Shown here piece after piece: positions 26,294-32,000 of a stretch of 32,000 nucleotides of DNA. The DNA is from Haloquadratum walsbyi C23. GTDB lineage: Archaea; Halobacteriota; Halobacteria; Halobacteriales; Haloferacaceae. The DNA lies in the NCBI RefSeq assembly GCF_000237865.1, contig NC_017459.1, positions 870,001-902,000 of the forward strand. The letters are read 5' to 3'. The notes beneath the pieces were generated by a model. The model made no database searches. It saw only the letters and a program-made list of their open reading frames with translations, and was not told where the DNA came from. How positions within the stretch are numbered: the first letter of the stretch is position 1; each line of letters starts with the position of its first letter. The translations under genes and the position numbers were made by a program.

Positions 26294-26342
26294 TCAATTC
26301 TCAATTCTCAACTCTCAACTCTCAATTCTCAATTCTCAATTA
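26294..26342. repeat. heptanucleotide tandem repeat, 7 units (TCAATTC x2, TCAACTC x2, TCAATTC x2, TCAATTA)
   Basis: Read directly; it begins 96 nt after the aCPSF1 stop. Confidence 0.9.
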
Positions 26343-26534
26343 ATTCCACCATCACTAGTTGGCATCCCAACAGCAGAAAGAATGCCTGTATACCAGACAT
26401 TGTCAAGCATCCAGATCAGGGAGCCCACAGTTGCAGCTTGATACCAGCGGCGTTTCACCACACACCGTGACGCATCCCATGTACGGCAGTTCGTTGTACT
26501 CACGTTGCTTTCTCCGATAGAGTGTAATTAACGA

Positions 26535-26566
26535 CCTCACCGCGTCACGCGGTTCCCTCGGTGAGG
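26535..26566 (-). other. perfect 8-bp stem hairpin (CCTCACCG ... CGGTGAGG, with an inner CGCG-TCA-CGCG palindrome) just 3' of the TnpB relic; candidate IS200/IS605 right-end or omega-RNA-associated structure
   Basis: Read directly. Subterminal hairpins at IS200/IS605 ends are established knowledge; assigning this hairpin to that role is inference. Confidence 0.4.
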
Positions 26567-26590
26567 GTGGCTTGTCAGTGACCTCTTCCT

Positions 26591-27693
26591 CTAAGTCACA
26601 ACAGTATGATGGGTGAGGGCTGTATGCCCTAAATCGGTGTCCTTAATCCTGAGTTCAGAGCATATTGATTGATACTCCTCCTCCGAGACGACTGATGGTC
26701 CCGCAGGAGATACAACCCTGCTATGTTCTTCGCCGTCGCAAAGCCACGCCGGACGTAGTCCGGAGACAACGCTGTAGTCGGCGTAGTTTTGCTTTCCACA
26801 CCGCTGGCACTCGAATTCGTCTCGGTGACGGTTATCCTCATGAACGCATCCGCACTCAGTGCACCGCTTGCTCATATTCTTTGGATTCACCGTATCCACG
26901 AACACACCGTGTTTTTCTGGCTTGTGCTCGATGAACTGTTTGAGCTTACGGAATTCCCATATTGAGCGCCAGTCAGCATCGGTAAACGACCTCAAATCCC
27001 ATCGAACTCCTCGAAGGCTCGTCGGCAGTGATTGAGTTTGCCTGCGGTGAAAAACCGAGCCGTGCTGGTGACGGCGATTTGGGTAACACCGAGGTCAACA
27101 CCTACAATCGTGTTCCGTTCTATGTTGTTGCCTCTATCTTAGGTTTCTCCTTGTGATACCCGACGTATAAGCACTACCCGTTGTCTTGGCAGTGAAGCGT
27201 GCTTTCGATGTACTCCTATTCCTTGTTATCCAAGTACTAGTACTGGTACTGGTAGCCGTCGTCCTCGCTTGGAAGTGCGAGGTCTGCTTTCACCCGAGAA
27301 TGGTCACCAAGCACTGTCAGCGATACCTGCTCTTCTTTATTGAATATGGTGAGTGTTCGCCTGTCGTACGTGATCGACTTTGATGTGAGGTACGGTTGTG
27401 TCGCCCGTTTGCCGTTTTGTCAACGTCCGATGCAGGATTGGATGTTGCTGGCAACTTTGTGACAGGCAAGAATCATATACTGACTGTTATGTCTATTTTT
27501 ATTATACTGTGTCTTTAGCAATACTTCTGACACCAGCCTGAGTGTGTTCGTTCTCCCACGCAAGACTGGATGCGATGCTGCATTCGTCAAGCCACTCTTC
27601 GGCGGTAGCATAAAGTAGCTCGCGGTCTTGTTGAGAGAGTCCGTCAAGTCGTGTGATGACAGTTCGACGGTGATACTCAGTATCTGATGCCAT
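26591..27693 (-). pseudogene. tnpB: decayed IS200/IS605-family (IS1341-type) TnpB/OrfB gene
   Basis: N-terminus MASDTEYHRRTVITRL..EEWLDECS (27693-27505) ends in TAA. The next segments are in other frames. In-frame TGA at 27420-27422. Four in-frame TAG at 27237-39, 27216-18, 27174-76 and 27120-22. RuvC-I motif IVGVDLGV near 27108-27085. TGA at 26992-94 with a frame change. Zn finger CTECG..CQRCG lies in ORF 26591-26995. NAAKNI-like ATAKNIAG is in yet another frame. The distance from RuvC-I to the Zn finger is only about 80 aa, implying an internal deletion. Confidence 0.85.
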
Positions 27694-27884
27694 CGTAATT
27701 TTGCAGAAGTACTACTGGTAATTGAATACTATGATAGTTGGTTTCTCAACGTGGTTGTTGGTTCCTCTCCACATACTCACTCGCGTTGCTCGCTTCTCGA
27801 GGAAGAGGACTCCACATCAAAGAGGTTGAAAACCACCTTTGAATATTTCTGAGCCTCGCCAGAACGTATATATCTTATGCGGTT

Positions 27885-28118
27885 ATGAATATGAGTATGT
27901 CTGAAATGGACGTGCCTGAAGAGCGGATTCAGGAAACAACAAGCTGGCCAGACCTCGCAATTAGTCTTTATGACCGACTGACCGGTCGTGGTGCTGAAAT
28001 AATCTATGATTTTGAGGACATGGAAGTGGAGGTCCCAAGCGGCACTGGAGAGGATGCCGAGCATGCACAATGGCGACTCGATGGCACTGTCCGCGTGACA
28101 ACTCGCGAGCGTGAGTGA
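27885..28118 (+). CDS. small acidic protein (77 aa) with a conserved Trp near each end; unknown function
   Basis: ATG ORF with acidic composition. The motifs SWPDLAISLYDRLTGRGAEI and AQWRLDGTVRV recur as a paralog at 31761-32000 (ARWRFDGTL). It may belong to a small two-Trp domain family; this is unverified. Confidence 0.65.
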   Translation: MNMSMSEMDVPEERIQETTSWPDLAISLYDRLTGRGAEIIYDFEDMEVEVPSGTGEDAEHAQWRLDGTVRVTTRERE

Positions 28119-28509
28119 CATAACTACTGAATCGTCACAGATTCCACTAAGTGTCAATGCAGACCTTACGATATCTGTTGACGGTGGGACAGCAGAAGTA
28201 TCATCGACTGGTGATCGACTTTTCGTCACGTTTCAATCGATCCTACCAGCAATAAATGCGCTTCGCGGACTACCGAGTGAGCCTGATAGTACAGATACGG
28301 TTGCTGCTGTGTTATCGCGGACAGACTTGACGACTGAAGTTCGAATTCATGATAGAACTGTTGCTGTTATTGGTTCTCAAGCTAACCCGGGTGCCCTCTC
28401 AGAGACACTCTCAGCTGATCCAATTGAGGTTCGACTTGGTGGGATTCTCGGTGCTTTGACCCGTGAAATATCAGATACAGTCGGGCGCGTTCGGCAACTG
28501 TTCAAATAA
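28111..28509 (+). CDS. hypothetical protein (132 aa), apparently translationally coupled to the upstream small gene
   Basis: GTG start overlapping the upstream stop by 8 nt. Composition is acidic and Thr/Ser-rich like the local proteome. I recognise no motif. Confidence 0.55.
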   Translation: MSDITTESSQIPLSVNADLTISVDGGTAEVSSTGDRLFVTFQSILPAINALRGLPSEPDSTDTVAAVLSRTDLTTEVRIHDRTVAVIGSQANPGALSETLSADPIEVRLGGILGALTREISDTVGRVRQLFK

Positions 28510-28610
28510 AATGATAATGCCATCCAGTATCGGTGGTTTTGCTTTCCCGTGATGATTTATACTACTCTTTTTTATAATCGAATAGGCTAATATTGCTCTC
28601 AAGTCTTACC

Positions 28611-28618
28611 TTTAATAT
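28611..28618 (+). promoter_or_regulatory. TATA-like box TTTAATAT, 27-34 nt upstream of the malate synthase ATG (suggests a leaderless mRNA)
   Basis: Position and sequence read directly. Haloarchaeal TATA spacing and leaderless transcripts are established knowledge. Confidence 0.35.
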
Positions 28619-28644
28619 ACGTCGAAGAATTCATTCATACGCAT

Positions 28645-29952
28645 ATGAGTGTTGAACGACACTACGATCGTGAGTTTGTTCGGACATTCTTTACATCTCC
28701 AACAGCTGTTGAAGGCGAAGATGACTCCGCAAAGATGATTCAAAGTGCAGCACAGCTTCGAGGGCTGAAAGCACCTGATGTCTGGGTGCCAGATAATGAA
28801 GACGCGACTGCTCCCTCAATGCGCGATGAAGGGGTTGAAAATATCATTTCAGTCGTTGCTGAGCACGGCGCGGAGTTCCCTGGTGAGATTCACCCTCGAA
28901 TGGTCTGGCATCGTGAACGACCAACAACTCGATATCAGGGATTCCAGCATATGCTACAGATTGCCAATCCCGATAATGGAGCGGTCGAACATATTGATGG
29001 ATTTGTGATTCCGGAAGTCGGCGATATTGATGATTGGAAAAAAGCCGATGAGTTCTTTACGATTGTCGAAAATGAATATGGGCTTGAAGAAGGGAGCCTT
29101 TCAATGTCAGTGATTGTTGAGAGCGGTGAAGCTGAGTTAGCACTTGGAGACCTCCGTGCAGAGATGGGGAAGCCATCAAACAATCTTGAGCGGCTTTTCT
29201 TATTAGTCGACGGAGAAGTTGATTACAGCAAAGACATGCGCGGAATGACACCAACCGGCGAACTTCCATCATGGCCAGAACTGAGACACAACACCTCTCG
29301 TGGCGCAAGCGCTGCTGGGCTTATTGCTGTTGATGGTCCATTTGATGATATCCGCGATATCGAGGGGTATCGTGAACGAATGATAGATAATCGTGCAAAA
29401 GGAATGATTGGTATCTGGTCACTCACACCGAGCCAGGTCGTTGAGGCAAACACTGAGCCTCTTCCGCCACAAACCGGTTCGTGGCTTCTTACTGCTGGTG
29501 ATACTGATATAGAGCTCGAGCAGACGAACGGCAAACACATCTATGATGGTGACAGCGTTAGTCTCTCTGTCGAAGATGATGACACACACCATCTTGTCGT
29601 CGGGAGCGATGAGCACACCCTGGACCGGGATGAACTTCGATCAGAGCTGCTTAAAATGACAGCATATGTCCCGAGTATGGACGATATTGTTGATTCAATG
29701 GAAGAATTTGAGGCCGCAAAAGAGGCTGGAAAGGGCGCAATTGCAATGACGCAATCTGCGACACTCGTGATTGACGGTGTTGAAATCGATATCGAGACTG
29801 ATCGAATGTGGGATGAGGCAACATATCAAGCGGCAATGACACCTATTGCACTCTTCCAAGACGTCTATGAACACCGTACTGACCAACATGATGAACTTGA
29901 GGATCGATACGGTGCCGATGTTGTCAACCGAGCGACACAAGTTGGAAATTAA
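28645..29952 (+). CDS. aceB: haloarchaeal-type malate synthase (isoform H, CitE/HpcH-like fold)
   Basis: 434 aa. The N-terminus RHYDREFVRTFFTSPTAVEGEDDSAKM, VWVPDNEDATAP, LFLLVDGEVDY, DGPFDDIRD and MTQSATL closely match my memory of Haloferax volcanii AceB (433 aa). Confidence 0.85.
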   Translation: MSVERHYDREFVRTFFTSPTAVEGEDDSAKMIQSAAQLRGLKAPDVWVPDNEDATAPSMRDEGVENIISVVAEHGAEFPGEIHPRMVWHRERPTTRYQGFQHMLQIANPDNGAVEHIDGFVIPEVGDIDDWKKADEFFTIVENEYGLEEGSLSMSVIVESGEAELALGDLRAEMGKPSNNLERLFLLVDGEVDYSKDMRGMTPTGELPSWPELRHNTSRGASAAGLIAVDGPFDDIRDIEGYRERMIDNRAKGMIGIWSLTPSQVVEANTEPLPPQTGSWLLTAGDTDIELEQTNGKHIYDGDSVSLSVEDDDTHHLVVGSDEHTLDRDELRSELLKMTAYVPSMDDIVDSMEEFEAAKEAGKGAIAMTQSATLVIDGVEIDIETDRMWDEATYQAAMTPIALFQDVYEHRTDQHDELEDRYGADVVNRATQVGN

Positions 29953-30022
29953 TCTCGTCGAGTTTTGGATATAAAAATTGATACTGCTGAATAAAACAGT
30001 TTGTTGACGTCGGTCCGTACGG

Positions 30023-30403
30023 CTATTCCGATACCGGTTCAATCAGTTCGACAGCGTGACCATCTGGATCCTCGATGAACGCAGTGTATGCGCCCGCTGC
30101 GGGTTGTGGACCAGGTTCAGCGACGATACCGTAGTGATCAACTTGTTTGATCGTTTCATCAACATCATCAACGCCAAGCGCCAAATGATCCCAACCGGTA
30201 CCCATTTCAAATGTTGTTTCACCTGTTGTCTCTGAAAGTTGTAATTCAACGCCGTTGGTATCAACAACATAGTAGTTTGTTGTCTCTCCGTCCTCACTCG
30301 TGAACTGCCAGGACTTCTCAAATCCAAATTGCTCATAGAATGCGATTGACTCTGCCGCATCGGCAACGTTCAGACAAGTGTGCAAGATTGTTGCATCAGA
30401 CAT
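30023..30403 (-). CDS. VOC/glyoxalase-family protein (lactoylglutathione lyase-like)
   Basis: 126 aa with a typical VOC pattern: HTCLNVADAAESIAFYEQFGF ... DHLALGVDD ... FIEDPDGHAVELI. Confidence 0.8.
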   Translation of the reverse strand: MSDATILHTCLNVADAAESIAFYEQFGFEKSWQFTSEDGETTNYYVVDTNGVELQLSETTGETTFEMGTGWDHLALGVDDVDETIKQVDHYGIVAEPGPQPAAGAYTAFIEDPDGHAVELIEPVSE

Positions 30404-30476
30404 CGTTTCTCATATCAATCCTTCACTGGAGTTACTTGAATAATCCGGTGTATGGCGGATGGTGTAGTCACCATCT

Positions 30477-30534
30477 ATTGTTGATCACTAATATGACGTC
30501 CTCTAACCTGTATGAGTTGAGTGATATCAACAAT
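30477..30534. promoter_or_regulatory. 13-bp inverted repeat (ATTGTTGATCACT / AGTGAT-AT-CAACAAT) in the divergent VOC/FAH promoter region; candidate operator
   Basis: Read directly. The arms are 30477-30489 and 30520-30534, with a 2-nt insertion in the right arm. An adjacent perfect hairpin GATGGTG-TAGT-CACCATC lies at 30458-30475. Confidence 0.3.
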
Positions 30535-30577
30535 AATTTGTATTTGAGACTAGAGTTATGATCGTTAGTCAATTATT

Positions 30578-31306
30578 ATGAAGCATGCTCGTTTACAAAC
30601 CCCAGCGGGCATTGTCAGTGGTCGTTATCATAACGATACTGTGAATGCTCCTGATGGGACATATACTGTCGGTCGTGATGGTCAATTAGCGGTTCCATGT
30701 ATACCATCCGCATTGTATTGCGTTGGTCGAAATTTCACTGCGACACTTGATCAAATGGATTATGACCGTCCTTCAGTCCCAGACTTTTTTATTAAGCCAC
30801 CTGCTGCGCTCATCGGTCCAGCACAGCCGATTCGATATCCAAAATGGAGTGATAAGTTAACTTACGCTGGTGAACTTGCAGCTGTTATTGATACCCGATG
30901 TCGTGACATCGAACAATCATCCGTCCCAAATATCATTCGTGGCTATACAATCTTGAATGATATCGATGCGCTTGATCAGGAAGGTCGAACAGCGCGAAAA
31001 GCATTCGATACATCCGCCCCACTCGGACCGTGGATTGAAACTGATGCTGACCCCTACGACATGTCAATGGAGACAATAATTAATGGGGAAACAAGGCAAT
31101 CAGCGACAACAAAGCAGATGATATTTGATCCATATGAAATCGTCTCATTTCTCTCCCGACGCTTCACACTTCAACCGGGGGATGTCATCTCCTTTGGAAG
31201 TCCAGCAAATCCAGGCACGATTGAGCCAGGTGATAATATCACAATTACATATGATGGTGTCGGAACACTGGAAAATCATGTGATTGAGCCAGCGGATGTT
31301 TCTTAA
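30578..31306 (+). CDS. fumarylacetoacetate hydrolase (FAH) family protein (2-keto-4-pentenoate hydratase/oxaloacetate decarboxylase-like)
   Basis: 242 aa. Motifs YCVGRNF, YAGELAAVID, GYTILNDIDA and GDVISFGSPANPG are typical of the FAH fold. Confidence 0.82.
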   Translation: MKHARLQTPAGIVSGRYHNDTVNAPDGTYTVGRDGQLAVPCIPSALYCVGRNFTATLDQMDYDRPSVPDFFIKPPAALIGPAQPIRYPKWSDKLTYAGELAAVIDTRCRDIEQSSVPNIIRGYTILNDIDALDQEGRTARKAFDTSAPLGPWIETDADPYDMSMETIINGETRQSATTKQMIFDPYEIVSFLSRRFTLQPGDVISFGSPANPGTIEPGDNITITYDGVGTLENHVIEPADVS

Positions 31307-31440
31307 AATATGAGAGATATGATACAAAACGAATACGCATGATATAGCTACTTTCGGTAGTTCTATCTGCTGTTTATAGAAGGCGAGGGAATACCTGCGG
31401 CTGAAGCCGCAACATGAATCGATGCTATGCCCGACTGCTG

Positions 31441-31700
31441 TAAACATACCAAAGTAATTTTAATTCCGCCGAAGTCTGCCAGACTCCCCGAGGCACAAAC
31501 AACTCTAAAGGGTTTCAACATGGCTGAGGCTAGGAGTACCATGGCTGAGATGTGGCACTCCCAGTAGTCCCACTCTCCCCGCCACAGTCCGTGTGAACCC
31601 CGGATGGATTCTCACCATGATACTTGATGGGACTGCAACCCTGAAATCTCCACCACTCATGCTTCGGATTCCTCCACATTTACGCTGAGGACAATGTCAA
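31441..31700. repeat. non-coding repeat-element relic sharing short modules with the 1640-1880 repeat region
   Basis: AATTTTAATTCC (31456-31467) is followed by the hairpin AGTCTG-CC-CAGACT; compare AATTTAATTCC (1641-1651) followed by CCGACC..GGTCGG. The direct repeat CATGGCTGAG occurs twice, 20 nt apart. ATACTTGATGGG compares with ATACTTTGATGGG near 1847. CCCCGAGGC is also shared. Confidence 0.35.
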
Positions 31701-31760
31701 TTTTGCTTCTTCTTTCGCCGGGTCGGATACGCACAAGTAGCTCCGCGTATATGAGCGAAT

Positions 31761-32000
31761 ATGAATGATGCTGAGGATGATTCGTTGACATGGACAGATG
31801 TTATTGATGCGACCATCGATGAGGAAGTCTCCCGGGATGAGGCGATTCAACTGACCGCCGAAGACCTTGCCGTCGATATTCCAATACACTTTGATGTCGA
31901 TACAGATGCAGATGTAGATGTAGATGCGGATGCGGATGTGATGTCTGAGAAATCCCCTCCCGATCATGACCGAGCACGATGGCGATTCGATGGTACACTG
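31761..32000 (+). CDS. 5' part of a paralog of the 27885-28118 small acidic protein; runs off the window
   Basis: ATG at 31761 is followed by 80 sense codons to the window end. The product is MNDAEDDSLTWTDVID...DVDTDADVDVDADADV...ARWRFDGTL. It is not in the ORF track because it is open-ended. Confidence 0.55.
   Translation, partial: MNDAEDDSLTWTDVIDATIDEEVSRDEAIQLTAEDLAVDIPIHFDVDTDADVDVDADADVMSEKSPPDHDRARWRFDGTL

Noticed and set aside
26294-26342. The tandem repeat as a CRISPR array
   Set aside because: The unit is 7 nt with no spacers, so it is a microsatellite-type repeat.
26341-26520. Minus-strand reading frame ending ...KRRWYQAATVGSLIWMLDNVWYTGILSAVGMPTSDGGIN as a small membrane protein
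   Set aside because: It is under 60 codons from the only possible (GTG) start, has no upstream signals I can see, and lies in the presumed IS right-end region. There is not enough support.
27120-27239. Four in-frame TAG codons in the TnpB relic as programmed recoding (for example pyrrolysine)
   Set aside because: The same gene also has TAA and TGA stops, several frameshifts and an internal deletion. No Pyl machinery is evident, and none is expected in haloarchaea. This is simple pseudogenisation.
27777-28229. 150-aa minus-strand ORF
   Set aside because: It is antisense to the overlapping small-gene pair and is Cys/His/Ser-rich rather than acidic. The plus-strand genes have a paralog supporting them.
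31680-31998. Minus-strand ORFs 31680..31967 and 31801..31998 (HPHPHLHLHLHLYRH, ICICIDIKV)
   Set aside because: They are antisense translations of the GAT-GNN acidic repeat of the plus-strand gene starting at 31761.

Overview
The window looks like chromosomal DNA from a low-GC haloarchaeon with a strongly acidic proteome. It is Haloquadratum walsbyi-like; this is an inference from Asp/Glu-rich proteins, an eyeballed GC near 50 percent and unusually long non-coding spacers. No database search was possible.

The core content is housekeeping:
- A family-B DNA polymerase gene of 2142 codons carrying three inteins, which make up about 57 percent of the ORF.
- A sufC-sufB-sufD Fe-S assembly operon.
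- A two-gene unit ending in a DtxR-family regulator.
- tRNA-Gln(UUG).
- A probable DUF1405-type membrane protein and an HD-domain hydrolase.
- The glutamate synthase large subunit, archaeal-type prolyl-tRNA synthetase and the KH/beta-CASP RNase aCPSF1.
- A haloarchaeal-type (CitE-like) malate synthase, a VOC/glyoxalase protein and an FAH-family hydrolase.

The accessory and unusual content sits in the spacers:
- A textbook MITE insertion at 167-420 with 14-bp perfect TIRs and a 10-bp target duplication.
- A hairpin-dense GC-rich tract at 431-650.
- A family of palindrome-bearing repeats (core CCTCGGGG-TCAAG-CCCCGAGG), clustered at 1193-2145 and dispersed at about 15751 and 23851.
- A heavily decayed IS200/IS605-type TnpB pseudogene at 26591-27693.
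- A heptanucleotide tandem repeat at 26294-26342.
- Several perfect palindromes in promoter regions.
- An overlapping small-protein gene pair, with a paralog starting at the window edge.

I found no CRISPR array, rRNA or obvious defence island. The novelty candidates are the mobile and repeat RNA-like elements, the non-canonical intein site, the Cys-tailed DtxR-like regulator next to suf, and the small-protein module. All functional calls rest on motif recognition from memory and need homology searches.
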